A stretch of DNA of 64,000 nt from an uncultured Gemmatimonadales bacterium (GCA_963716255.1 OY970303.1:1184001-1248000), one strand, 5' to 3'; shown: positions 48,001-58,629, counted from the stretch's first letter. The notes: generated from the sequence alone by a model not told the origin. Made by a program: numbers and translations.

Positions 48001-48907
48001 GCTGACCAACACCTCCACCCTGGGCGGGAGCGGGATCCGGGTGCTGGCGCTCGGCTCGGCCGGGTCGGCGGCGAAGATCACCCGGGCGACCATCGACGAC
48101 AACCAGGTCAACCAGGTTCCCTCCGGCGTCGGGGTGCTCGTGCAGTGCGGCAACACCGCGTCCGCGGGGCCGGCGGGCGAGTGCGGCACCGCGGGGAGCG
48201 CCACGGACGTGATCGCGGTGACCAACAACCAGGTCCACGGGCTGAGCGCGGCGAGCCGGATCGGCGCGGAGGGGGTGGTCGCGACGCTGAACGGGCGCGG
48301 CCAGGCCAACTTCAACGTTGCCGGCAACGACGTGCGCAACACCACCGGCCGCGCCATGGCGGTGTCGGTCTTCGGGCAGGGGCGCATGACGTCCGTCGTC
48401 AGCGGGAACACCGTGGTCGCCAACAACGCCTTCGGCGCGACGGGGATCGAGGTGGGCGCGGACAGCACGGCCGGGCTGCCGAGCTTCGCCAGCCACCGAG
48501 CCACGGTGACGGGCAACAACGTCAGCCAGACCGACGGGGTGGGGATCTACGCCATCGCGCGCGCTTCCAGCGACACCCTGCTGGTGAAGATGCAGAACAA
48601 CACCGTGGCGGCCCCGCTCTCGGGGATCCGCCCGGGGATCCGCGTCGACTCCGGCAGCACGCTGGGGAACACCACCGTGTGCCTTAACGCGTCCGGCAAC
48701 ACCAGCGCGGGAAGCGGCGGCTCGGCGGGCTTCGGCGTGCGCAAGCAGGGGACGAACCCGGCGGTGAACGTCTTCGGGATCTCGGGGATCGGCAGCCCCA
48801 CCCCGACCAACGCCGACGTGGTCGCCTATCTGAACGGGCAGAACCCGGCGGCCGGCGGGACGGTGATCCTGTCCGGGAGCGGCTACACGAGCTGCTCGCT
48901 GCCCTGA
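45020..48907 (+). CDS. Large surface lipoprotein with Ig/cadherin-like (Big_9-type) repeats and a beta-helix region
   Basis: Lipobox VTAAC; repeats APAAQADAY...LLAND...LTVNANGSFTFTP...FSGSFSFVYRITN; long G/T/N/S-rich beta-helix-like C-terminal half. Confidence 0.85.
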   Translation: MLRLNRILCTAAVLVTAACSGDSPSPVAPTDAPSREILDAARSPLVQGFYWLPPLVKNPSFSGTFDPNVSPTVQVCELAGTPPSTCTANIVAQFTKTSGTGGQVVTVSTGDQHYKANWHTDLSNLNTAKFYRISVFVGATELGHADVDPVNSGKELKNVDTDELIPLLDGRTLPIKFRIEIGAGPTQRAPAAQADAYGTVENTALTVPDGATDLLANDNLGVPAATLTSFGGGSLGGAVTDHAAGTTATFGSGGSLTVNANGSFTFTPASGFSGSFSFVYRITNAAGTSDATVTLTVNARPTAVDDAPAAGSAPGDPYHAPFNSALSLAAPGILQNDVLGSPPATVASFGGGSLGGTVTDHAAGSSASFGSGGSLSVNADGSLVFTPSAGFTGLFTFEYRIANVVDSDVGQVTIAVGTRPAAADDTYGPTLVGNVPVNTATSSGFSVRANDAGDGATLALTSVSNGTAILNLATGTFSFDPAPGYEGPAGFSYSVTNGFGTVTASVSLNVSGMVWFIDNGGAAGSGTLSSPFGSIAAFNAVNDGAGIHPAASDNVFIHESGTSYTGPLALLDGQRVIGQDATASLASLTGLAFPADSPVPATDSGNAVVVNIVSAANGIDLAQNNSLHGLRVGNTTGTGIAGTGFGTLTVSDVTVNTTGQALALSGGSLAADFNGVSSSGGAVNVALTNVGGTGNLGTGALSGSSTAAFQVQGGSGTLSYAGSIASTTGRSVAVSGRSGGSVTLSGAIADSGTGIVVQNNTGGTIAFTGASKAVATGAGAGVTLTDNTGATVQFAGGGLAISTTTGAGFSATGGGTVQVTGANNTIVSAGGVALNVANTGIGASGITFRSISANGGTSGIVLNGTGSANGLNVTGSGAAGSGGTIANTSGPGISLQGTTSPSFAWISLQNTGGSGVQGTGVVNFTLAGSTVTGSGSAGDDANLDFFAGAAPGSENNLSGTVSITGNTLSAPRHHNVDIQNWSGTISSLDISDNVLTNTSTLGGSGIRVLALGSAGSAAKITRATIDDNQVNQVPSGVGVLVQCGNTASAGPAGECGTAGSATDVIAVTNNQVHGLSAASRIGAEGVVATLNGRGQANFNVAGNDVRNTTGRAMAVSVFGQGRMTSVVSGNTVVANNAFGATGIEVGADSTAGLPSFASHRATVTGNNVSQTDGVGIYAIARASSDTLLVKMQNNTVAAPLSGIRPGIRVDSGSTLGNTTVCLNASGNTSAGSGGSAGFGVRKQGTNPAVNVFGISGIGSPTPTNADVVAYLNGQNPAAGGTVILSGSGYTSCSLP

Positions 48908-48958
48908 GGCAGCGGCCGGGCGCGAGCGATCCGCTCGCGCCCGGACCGGGGAGTTCGG

Positions 48959-48996
48959 GGAGCGCCGCCCGGGGGATCCCTCCGGGCGGCGCTTCC
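48959..48996 (+). terminator. GC hairpin after the surface protein gene
   Basis: GGAGCGCCGCCCGG...CCGGGCGGCGCTTCC. Confidence 0.5.
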
Positions 48997-49354
48997 TCGT
49001 CCAGGGGCGCCGCGGCGCTGTCGCGGGTGCGCAACAGCCCGTCACGCGTTTGCACCTCGCGGAAAATCCAGACGCGGCCTGGCGTCCGGCTGCGCCGCCG
49101 CGGCAGGTGGGGCACGAAGTTGCGACACCGGCGCTACATCTCCCCGGAATCGGCACACGCGACGGTGGGGGCAAATAACCTTAAAACGTTTTCCGACAAA
49201 GATTTCCTGCGCCACGTAAAGTGTCCCTGCACGTGGCCGCGGTTTTGCGTTCCGCCCCCGCTTCGTAGGGTCCTGGACGACCCGCAGCTTCCCGCGTGGC
49301 GGCCCTTCCGGGCACGCATGCGGTTTTTCCGCTTCACATCGTCTTTTCGTCACC

Positions 49355-49430
49355 TTCCGACAAAGGCACCCCGGCCGTGAGGCCGGTCCGCAAAGCCACG
49401 GGTCTCGCTGAGATCGCCGGGCTACCGAAG
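49355..49430 (+). ncRNA. Cyclic di-GMP-I (GEMM-I) riboswitch, second copy
   Basis: ACAAAGGCACCCCGGCC-GTGA-GGCCGGTCCGCAAAGCCACGGGTCTC...GAGATCGCCGGGCTACCGAA; 50 nt upstream of the 49480 start. Confidence 0.87.
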
Positions 49431-49479
49431 AGGGCACCGCCGGCACGATCGCCGGCCACGTCCTGCCTGAGGTAATCCG

Positions 49480-49749
49480 ATGAGGCACCTGGCGCTCTCC
49501 GCGATCGCAGCCCTCGCCCTGCTGGCGGGCTGCAAGGACCAGCCCAAACAGACCCCCACCGAGCCCACCGCCTCCGTCGTCTCGGCGCAGGTCAGGGTCC
49601 CCGCGCAGGAAGGTGAGTCGACGCTGTGCGCGGCGTACCGCAAGCGGCTCGGCGAGTCGCGCGCGGCACTCGCCCGCACCGACGGCGACGAGTCGCTGCG
49701 GGAAGCGGTCGCCACGTACGAAGCGGTCATCGCCGACGCCTGCCCCTGA
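49480..49749 (+). CDS. Small lipoprotein
   Basis: GAGG RBS; lipobox LLAGC; two further Cys. Confidence 0.75.
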   Translation: MRHLALSAIAALALLAGCKDQPKQTPTEPTASVVSAQVRVPAQEGESTLCAAYRKRLGESRAALARTDGDESLREAVATYEAVIADACP

Positions 49750-49851
49750 GAGGTTCCCGAGCCTGGCAGCCCCCCGCGGGCTGCCGGGCTCGGTCGCGTT
49801 TCCAGGAAGGTTCGCTCCTCTTCCAACCCACCCCAGAAAGAGCTTTAGACC

Positions 49852-50442
49852 ATGCGATCCCGCTTCGTTTCTGCAGCACGTGTCCTTGCCGCGTCGCTGG
49901 TGCTGACCGCCGCGCTGGGCGCGCCGGCGAGATCCCAGACCTTTCCGTCCACGTCCCACGCGGACTGCAACACGGACCCCGGGACCGGCTGCCAGTCGGT
50001 GGACTTCTTCTTCACGCTCCTGGGGGCCGGCGCCTCGGCGTCGGTCAACATGTTCACGATCTCGCTGCTGGGGGACGGGTGGTTCTTCTCGGCCCTGCAG
50101 GCCGGCGAGGCGGAGGACATCAACGACTTCAACTTCTACGACGGCGTCGTGAGCGCCGACGGGCGCACGCTGACGGGGAACTTCGCCTTCGAGGTGTTCC
50201 TGGACCCGACGCTCCGCATCCGCGCCGAGTTCGACCACGCCCCGGACGCCTTCCCCAACACCGAATCGCTCTCGTACAGCTACTCCCTCTTCGACGACCA
50301 GGAGCTGGTCGCGGCGGGGCAGGTGCCGAACGAGGTCGTGCCGGAGCCCGTGAGCATGGTGCTCCTGGGGACCGGCCTGGCCGGCGTGGCGGCCGCCCGC
50401 CGCAGACGGCGCCGCCAGGACGAGGACGAAGCCGCCGCCTAA
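49852..50442 (+). CDS. PEP-CTERM sorting domain protein
   Basis: Signal peptide; C-terminal VPEPVSMVLLGTGLAGVAAARRRRRR. Confidence 0.92.
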   Translation: MRSRFVSAARVLAASLVLTAALGAPARSQTFPSTSHADCNTDPGTGCQSVDFFFTLLGAGASASVNMFTISLLGDGWFFSALQAGEAEDINDFNFYDGVVSADGRTLTGNFAFEVFLDPTLRIRAEFDHAPDAFPNTESLSYSYSLFDDQELVAAGQVPNEVVPEPVSMVLLGTGLAGVAAARRRRRRQDEDEAAA

Positions 50443-50532
50443 CCTCCGCGCGGCCTGCAGGACCGGCGGCTCCAGCGAGCCGCCGTCACCCATCCGCGGC
50501 ACTCACCGCCGACGCCTGAAACCGAGGTCAAG

Positions 50533-53500
50533 ATGCGCCGTTCAATATATCTGACATTTTCACTCCTGGCGGCCACGATCGGGCTGTCGCTGGGGGCTTC
50601 CCAGCTGGCCGCGCAGAAGGCGCTGGTGGTGTGTCCCCCTCGGACGCGGCCGGGTGCGAGCGAGTGGCCCAGACGCTCGGCGCGGCCAAGCGCGGCGGGA
50701 CGCCCGTCTTCCCCGGCGGGGTGGCCCGGCGGTTCCAGGAGCTCAGGACCATGGCGCCCGAGGAGATGGCGACGTACTCGGTGGTGTTCGTCCCCTCCCT
50801 CGCCAACGCGCCGTACGACCTGCTCCGCGCGGAGGAGGTGTCCGGGAGGCTGAGCCTGGTGGTGACGGGTCGTATCGCCGTCTGGTCCGGCTCGCCGGAC
50901 CGGGGGCGGGTGGACGGCAAGAGCTCCGGCAAGCTCGACCTCATCGTCAACCTGGCCCGCTGGGCCGCGGCCGACTACCGGCGCAGCGGGACAGGGATGG
51001 TGGTGCTGCAGGACTTCTCCGATCCCGCGCCGGGCGGGGCCTCCCGCCGCTACGACTGGATCCCGGACATCGCGGGGGTGCGGGTCGTGGCTTCCGCGGA
51101 CGAGCGGACGTACAAGGAAGTGAGGAAGACCTCCTCCAACCCCGCCGCCGACCAGATCGCGGGCTCCCTGGGCTATGACAACATGGCCTCGTTCGGCCTC
51201 GTGGCCCCGGTCGGCCCGGTCCGCATCGGCGCGGTGGGTGCGGTGGGTGCGGGCGGGAACCAGAAGGACGGCGCCCCCATCCTCCTGACCTTCGACCCCC
51301 TCGCGGGGGCGAGGGCTCCCGGCGCGTCGTTCTCGGTCTCGTCCACGACGGCCTTCGCGGTGGCCTCCACGCCGTCCATCGACATCCTTCCGTCCACCAT
51401 CAACTACAACACGACCAACCTGGTCCAGGTACGCGTCTTTTCCTCGGTCAGCTTCGACGCGGCCTCCATCGATCCCGCCACGGTCCGCTTCGTCGTGGAC
51501 AGCGTCCTTCCCGGGGCCCCGGTCGGGACCTTTGCGTCCGGCCTTTACATGGCGTCGGTGAGCGACCTGAACGGCGACGGGCTCCCGGACCGGAACCTCC
51601 AGTTCCGCATGACCGACCTGAAGGCGGCCGGGCTGAGCGGCCCCAACCACCTGTTCGTGGTGCAGGGACAGGCGGCGTCGGGGCCGTTCCAGGCGAGCGA
51701 TCCTTCGCCGCCGCCGGTCGTCAGCTACCCTGCCGTCACCCAGGTGAAGATCGTACCCGACAGCGCCACCGTCGCGGTGGGCGACACGGTGGACCTGGAC
51801 GTGCAGCTGTTCGCGGGCAGCACGCCCGTTTCGGGGCGGATCGTGGTGTGGAGCAGCCTGGACGCGGCGGCGACCGTGAACTCGAGCGGCCTGGTGACCG
51901 GGCAGTCGGCCGGCAGCGCCCGCATCGTCGCGACCAGCGAGGGCAAGGCCGACACGGCGATCGTCACGGTGACGGGGGCGGCGGGCACGGCGCCCACCGC
52001 GGTGGCGGACAGCTACAGCGCGTCCGCCGGGACCACGCTCACGGTGCCGGACGGAGCCACCGACCTGCTGGCCAACGACGCGCTGGGCTCCCCGGCGGCG
52101 ACGCTGGTCAGCTTCGGCGGCGGCTCGCTCGGCGGCGCGGTGACGGACCACGCGGCCGGGAGCACCGCGACCTTCGGCACCGGCGGCTCGCTCACGGTCA
52201 ACGCCAACGGCAGCTTCACCTTCACCCCGGCCACCGGGTTCACGGGGAGCTTCACCTTCCAGTACCGCATCACCAACGCCTCGGGCAGTTCGGACGCGAC
52301 GGTGACCATCAGCGTCACCGCGACCGGGGTCGCGCCCTCGGCGGTGGCGGACGTGTACAGCACCCCGGCGGGGACGACGCTGACCGTCCCGGACAGCACC
52401 ACCGACCTGCTGGCCAACGACAACCTGGGCACCCCGGCGGCGACGCTGGTCAGCTTCGGCGGCGGCTCGCTCGGCGGCGCGGTGACCGACCACGCGGCCG
52501 GGAGCACCGCGACCTTCGGCACCGGTGGCTCGCTCACGGTCAACGCCAACGGCAGCTTCTCGTTCACGCCGGCCACGGGGTTCACGGGAGCGTTCACCTT
52601 CCAGTACCGCATCACCAACCCCTCGGGGAGCTCGGACGCGACCGTCACCATCAACGTGAACGGGGCGGCTCCCTCCGCGGTGGCCGACGCGTACAACGTC
52701 GCGGCCGGCGGGACGCTGACCGTTCCCGACGGTGCCACCGACCTGCTGGGCAACGACGCGCTGGGAACTCCGGCGGCGACGCTGGTCAGCTTCGGCGGCG
52801 GCTCGCTCGGCGGCGCCGTGACGGACCGTGCGGCCGGGACCACCGCGACCTTCGGCACCGGCGGCTCGCTCACGGTCAACGCCAACGGCAGCTTCACCTT
52901 CACCCCGGCAACCGGGTTCACGGGGAGCTTCACCTTCCAGTACCGCATCACCAACAGCTCGGGCAGCTCGGATGCGACGGTGACCATCACCGTGAACGGC
53001 ACCGGCCCGACCGCGAACAACGACGCCTACACCGTGGCCGCCGGAGCGACGCTGACGGTGCCCGACGGGGCCACGGACGTCCTCGCCAACGACTCGCTGG
53101 GCAACCCGGCCGCGACGCTGGTCAGCTTTGGCGGGGGCTCGCTGGGAGGCGCGGTGACGGACCGCGCGGCGGGCGCCACCGCCACCTTCGGCACGGGCGG
53201 CTCCCTCACGGTGAACGCGAACGGCAGCTTCACCTTCACCCCGAGCGCCGGCTTCGTGGGGAGCTTCACCTTCCAGTACCGCATCACCAACGCCGCCGGC
53301 AGCTCGGACGGCACCGTCACCATCACCGTGACGGGCACGGCGCCCACCGCGGTGGCCGACCCGGGCTACTTCGTCAACTCCGGCTCCACGCTCAGCGTGC
53401 CCGCCGGGACCGGCGTGCTCGCCAACGACAACCGCGGCAATCCGCTCGCGAACGTCACCAGCTTCGGCGGGGGCTCGCTGGGCGGCGCGGTGACCGACCG

Positions 53501-56500
53501 CGCGGCCGGGACCACCGCGACCTTCGGCACCGGAGGCTCGCTCACCGTCAACGCGGACGGCAGCTTCACCTTCACGCCGGCCTCCGGGTTCAGCGGCAAC
53601 TTCACCTTCAGCTACCGGCTCACCAACGCGGTCGGCTTCTCGGACGCGATCGTGACCATCGAGGTGCGGTCGGCGCCGGCGGCGGTGGCGGACGGCCCGG
53701 CGGCGGGCAGCGCTCCCGCAAGCGCGTTCCACACGCCGTTCAACACCACGCTCGTCACGGCCACGCCGCCGAACGCGGCGACGCCCAGCCTGCTCGCCAA
53801 CGACAACCTGGGCTTCCCCGCGGCGACGATCACCTCCTTCGGCGGGGGATCGCTGGGCGGCGCGGTGACCGACCGTGCGGCGGGCACCACCGCCACCTTC
53901 GGCACGGGCGGCTCGCTCACCGTCAACGCGAACGGCACCCTGAGCTTCACGCCGTCCACGGGCTTCACCGGCCTGTTCACCTTCAGCTACCGGCTGCACA
54001 ACCCGGCCGGCGACTCGGACGCGCTGGTCACCATCGCGGTGGGGGCGCGGCCGGCGGCGGTGAACGACACCTATGGGCCGACTCTGATCGGCAACGTGCC
54101 CATCAACACGGCCCGCGCGGGCGGCACCGGCTTCGGTGCCCTCGGCAACGACCAGGGTGACGCGCTGATCGCAACCCTAGTGTCCGCGACCAACGGCGTC
54201 GCGACGGTCAACCCCAACGGCACGTTCACCTTCGCTCCCACCCCGGGCTTCGAGGGGGCGGCCAGCATCACCTACAAGGTGAGCAATGGGTTCGGTGACG
54301 GCCCGGGCAACGCGACGGTGGCGCTGACGGTCGGCGAGCCGATCTGGTTCGTCAATGCCTCCGCCACGAACGGGAACGGCACCCTTCCCAGCCCGTTCAA
54401 CTGTCTGACCGGCGCCGGCTGCCTCAGCGCGGCCGCGCACGACGTGAACGACCGGATCTTCCTCTACAGCGGCGGCTACACGGGTGGCTTCACCCTGCAG
54501 AACGGTGAGCGCCTGATCGGCCAGGGGGCGACTGCGACGCTCAGCTCGGTGGCCGGGCTGACCTGGCCTGCGGATGCCGAGACCGAGCCCGGCACGAACG
54601 GGGCGGCGCCGACGATCACGAGCTCCGGCATCGCGGCCGTGACCCTCACGAACGCCGGGGCAGCCGGCTCCAACCTGCTGCGCGGCTTCAGCTTCGGGAA
54701 CGTTGGAGCGACGGGCACAGCGCTCGCCGGGACCAGCTTCGGGACGGTGACCGTGTCCGAGGTGGGGATCAACACCAACGGGCAGGCGCTGAGCCTGACC
54801 ACGGGCACGCTGAACGGCGGCTTCGCGCAGCTGCGCTCCACCGGCGGGACCAACAACGTCCTCCTGTCGGGCGTGGCGACGACCGGGACCTCCACGCTGG
54901 GCGCCGACGGCGACGCGCTGTCGGGCGCCACGGGCGACGCCTTCGTCGTAGCGGGCGGGACCGGCTCGTTCACCTACCCGGGCAGCATCACGCAGGCCAG
55001 CAACGCCGCGCTGCTGAACGTGAGCGGCGGCCACACGGGGACGCTCACCTTCCAGACCGGAACGCTGAGCGCCACCAACGGCACCGGCCTGCAGTTCAAC
55101 AACGCGGACGGCTCCTACGTCTTCACCGGCACCCCGACGCTGAACGGGGGCAATGCCGGGATCGACGTGACCAACGGGTCGTCGGGGACCTTCACCTTCC
55201 CGACCGCCGCGAGCATCACCAACCCCACCGCGGAAACGGTGGTGATCAGCGGCAGCGCGCCCACCTTCACCTACGCGGGCTCGCTGACCAAGACCAACGC
55301 CGGCACCGGGATCACGCTGAGCTCCAACACCGGCGGCACCCTTGCCTTCAACGGCGCCACCAAGGTGTTCAGCACGGGGTCGGCCAACGCGGTCAACATG
55401 CTGAGCAACGCCGCCGGCGTGACGGTCAGCTTCGCCGACTCGCTCCGGATCACCACCACCACCGGGGTGGGCTTCAACGCCACCGGCGGCGGGACGGTGA
55501 CCGTGGCGGGGACGCACAACTCGATCACCGCGGCCGGCGGGGTGGCGCTCAACGTGGCGAGCACCACCATCGGTGCCGGCGGGCTGAACTTCCGCAGCAT
55601 CTCGGCGACCGGCGGGAGCAGCGGGATCGTGCTGAACAGCACCGGCTCGGCGGGGCGCCTCCAGGTCACCGGGTCGGGCACCGCCAGCTCGGGCGGGACG
55701 ATCCAGAGCACCACGGGGCACGGGATCTCGCTGACCAGCACCACCAACCCCGCCTTCGACCGCATGAACCTCCAGAGCAACGGCGGGAGCGGCGTCTTCG
55801 GGACGGGCGTGGTGGGCTTCACTCTGACCAACAGCACCATCGCCACCTCCGGCACCGGCGGCGGGGCCAACGCCAGCAACATCGACTTCTTCGCCGACGT
55901 CGCGGCGGGGACCGAGAACAACCTGTCCGGCGTGGTGACCATCACCGGCAACACGCTGTCCGCGCCCGCCTTCCACAGCGTGGACATCCAGAACTGGAGC
56001 GGGACGATCAGCGACCTGACGCTCTCGAACAACACGATCACCAACAACTCCACCCTGGGCGGCGGGATCCGGGTGATCGCCATCGGGGGGGCCGGCAACG
56101 TGGCGAAGATCACCAGGGCCACCATCGCCGGCAACCAGATCACGGGCACCATGCAGTCGCCCGGGCTCCAGGTACAGTGCGGCAACGCCAGCGCGAGCGG
56201 TCCGCTGGGCGAGTGCGGCACCGAAGGGAGCGCCACCAACGTGGTGGCCATCACCAACAACCAGGTCCGGGGCACCAGCGCCGCCGCTCGCATCGGCACC
56301 GAAGGGCTGCTGGCGCTGCTGAACGGGCGGGGCCAGGCCAACTTCAACGTCTCCACCAACGACGTGCGGCACACCACCGGGCGGGCGATGGCGGTGACGG
56401 TGTTCGGCCAGGGACGGATGACCTCGACGGTGAGCAACAACACCATCGTGGCCAACAACACCTTCGCGGCGGCCGCACTGGAGATCGGGGCGGACAGCAC

Positions 56501-56936
56501 GGCCAACATGGCGAGCTTCGCCAGCTACCGGGCGACGGTGACCGGGAACAACATCAGCCAGTCCGACGGGGTGGGGATCTACGCCATCGCGCGCGGCTCC
56601 AGCGACTCGCTGCGCGTGAAGCTGCAGAACAACATCATCGCGGCGCCGCTCACCGGCGTGCGTCCCGGGCTGCGCGTGGATTCCGGGAGCACGAACAGCA
56701 ACACCTGGGTGTGCGCCAACATCTCGGGCAACACCAGCGCGGGGAGCGGCGGACACCCGGGGATCGGACTGCGCAAGCAGGGCACGGTTCCCACGGACGA
56801 CGCATTCGCGGTGCACGGGATGGCCGCGACCAGCTCGCCGGGCGTGGAGTCGTACGTGTCCGGCCTGAATCCGGCGGGAGGCGGCGTGCTGCTGATCTCG
56901 GCGACCAGCGGCTTCACCAACTGCTCCTTCCCCTGA
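50533..56936 (+). CDS. Giant secreted Ig-repeat / beta-helix adhesin-like protein (~2130 aa) with an apparent 1-bp frameshift at 50635-50639
   Basis: The signal peptide from ATG 50533 is out of frame with the 2101-codon ORF. The body has a DLNGDG domain, Big_2, six ~110-aa repeats plus a shorter one, and a beta-helix region paralogous to 45020-48907. Confidence 0.85.
51990..54045 (+). repeat. Six tandem ~330-bp intragenic repeats
   Basis: Recurrent SFGGGSLGGAVTD(H/R)AAG.TATFGTGGSLTVNANGSFTFTP, near-identical at DNA level. Confidence 0.9.
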
Positions 56937-57069
56937 TCGCCTGACCCACCCACCCGGAGGCGGGCCAGCCGCCTCCGTCTCAGGGCGCCCTCCCATCCCG
57001 GGAGGGCGTCCGTGCAGGATGCAGGACCTCGCGCCGTTCCCCTTCCCACCTCCCGACCAGGAGACGCCG

Positions 57070-57576
57070 ATGGCCGAACCATTCCTATCCGAGATCCGGA
57101 TCATGAGCTTCGTCTTTGCGCCCAAAGGCTGGGCGCTCTGCAACGGACAGCTCCTCCCGATCAACCAGAACCAGGCTCTCTTCGCCCTCCTGGGAACCAC
57201 CTTCGGCGGCAACGGCCAGACCAACTTCGCCCTCCCCGACCTGCGCGGCCGCACCCCCATCCACGTGGGGAGCGGACATACGCTGGGCGAGCGCGCCGGC
57301 GAGCAGGCCCACACGGTGTCGATCTCGGAGCTGCCCACGCACACGCACGTGGCCAACGCCACCACGGCCACCGCGACCACCAACACACCCACCAACGCCC
57401 TGATGCTGGCCGCCAGCAGCGGCTCCTCGCTCTACGCCGCCGCCAGCAACCTGGGCGTCATGGACCCGCGATCCATCAGCAGCGTCGGCGGCAGCCAGGC
57501 GCACCTGAACATGCAGCCCTTCCTGACGCTGAGCTTCTGCATCGCTCTCCAGGGCATCTTTCCCTCCCCCAACTGA
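57070..57576 (+). CDS. Phage tail collar domain protein (MdpB-like) 1
   Basis: PFLSEIRIMSFVFAPKGWALCNGQLLPINQNQALFALLGTTFGGNG...FALPDLRGR...IALQGIFP. Confidence 0.93.
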   Translation: MAEPFLSEIRIMSFVFAPKGWALCNGQLLPINQNQALFALLGTTFGGNGQTNFALPDLRGRTPIHVGSGHTLGERAGEQAHTVSISELPTHTHVANATTATATTNTPTNALMLAASSGSSLYAAASNLGVMDPRSISSVGGSQAHLNMQPFLTLSFCIALQGIFPSPN

Positions 57577-57588
57577 GGCCACACCCAC

Positions 57589-58098
57589 ATGGCGCAACCC
57601 TACGTGGGCGAGATCCGCATGTTCGCCGGAAACTTCGCCCCAGCCGGTTGGATGTTCTGCGAGGGCCAGCTCCTGCCCATCTCCGAGAACGAGACGCTCT
57701 TCCAGCTCATCGGCACCACCTACGGCGGCGACGGCGAGAGCACCTTCGCCCTTCCCGACCTGCGCGGCCGCCTGCCGCTGCACCAGGGCAACGGCTTCAT
57801 CCTGGCCGAGACCGGCGGGGCCAAGGAGATCACGCTGACCGTGCAGCAGATCCCTTCCCACACGCACACCATGCTGGGCTCGGGGGCCTTGGCCAGCGGG
57901 GCCGGGCCGAACAACTCGCTGCTGGCCAGCAGCACCGGGGCCACGGTCTTCCCCTACGGCACGGACGCGCCGCTGACGACCCTCCAAGCCTCCTCCGTCA
58001 GCCCGGTGGGCGGCAGCCAGCCGCACACCAACTTCCAGCCGTACCTGTGCGTGGACTTCATCATCTCGCTGTTCGGCATCTTCCCCTCCCCCACCTGA
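57589..58098 (+). CDS. Phage tail collar domain protein (MdpB-like) 2
   Basis: PYVGEIRMFAGNFAPAGWMFCEGQLL...LIGTTYGGDG...FALPDLRGR. Confidence 0.93.
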   Translation: MAQPYVGEIRMFAGNFAPAGWMFCEGQLLPISENETLFQLIGTTYGGDGESTFALPDLRGRLPLHQGNGFILAETGGAKEITLTVQQIPSHTHTMLGSGALASGAGPNNSLLASSTGATVFPYGTDAPLTTLQASSVSPVGGSQPHTNFQPYLCVDFIISLFGIFPSPT

Positions 58099-58110
58099 CG
58101 GAGACAGACC

Positions 58111-58629
58111 ATGGCCGATCCGTTCGTTGCCGAGATCCGCATCTTCCCGTTCAACTTCGCGCCCAAGGGGTGGGCGTGGTGCAACGGGCAGCTGCTGCCG
58201 ATCTCGCAGAACACCGCGCTGTTCTCGCTCCTGGGAACCACCTACGGGGGAGACGGCAAGAGCACCTTCGCGCTGCCGGACCTGGAGGGCCGGGCGCCGA
58301 TGCACCCGGGACAGGGGCCGGGGCTGTCGCTGCACGACCTGGGGGAGACGGGGGGGAGCGAGACGGTGACGCTGCTGGAAAGCGAGATCCCGGCGCACGT
58401 GCACGCGATGGGGGTGTCGCAGGCCGACGGGCTGGAGCGCTTTCCCACGGGGCAGCTGCTGTCCACGGGGGTGGGGATCGGCGCCTACGCGGCTCCGGGG
58501 CCCGTCACCAACCTGGCGCCCGAAGCGCTGCCGCCGGCGGGAGGCGACCAGCCGCACAACAACATGATGCCGTACCTCACCTTCTACTTCAACATCGCGC
58601 TCCAGGGCGTCTTCCCCCCGCGCGGCTAG
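58111..58629 (+). CDS. Phage tail collar domain protein (MdpB-like) 3
   Basis: PFVAEIRIFPFNFAPKGWAWCNGQLL...LLGTTYGGDG...FALPDL...IALQGVFP. Confidence 0.93.
   Translation: MADPFVAEIRIFPFNFAPKGWAWCNGQLLPISQNTALFSLLGTTYGGDGKSTFALPDLEGRAPMHPGQGPGLSLHDLGETGGSETVTLLESEIPAHVHAMGVSQADGLERFPTGQLLSTGVGIGAYAAPGPVTNLAPEALPPAGGDQPHNNMMPYLTFYFNIALQGVFPPRG

Noticed and set aside
44881..49430. c-AMP-GMP (GEMM-Ib) riboswitch variant
   Set aside because: The discriminating position reads G (AAAG-GC) rather than A.
43980..51975. Diversity-generating retroelement template/variable repeat pair
   Set aside because: Both copies are coding, the differences are not adenine-specific, and no reverse transcriptase is present.
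57070..58629. Second prophage or tailocin
   Set aside because: Only collar-domain genes are present, with no sheath, tube, baseplate or integrase; codon usage is host-like.
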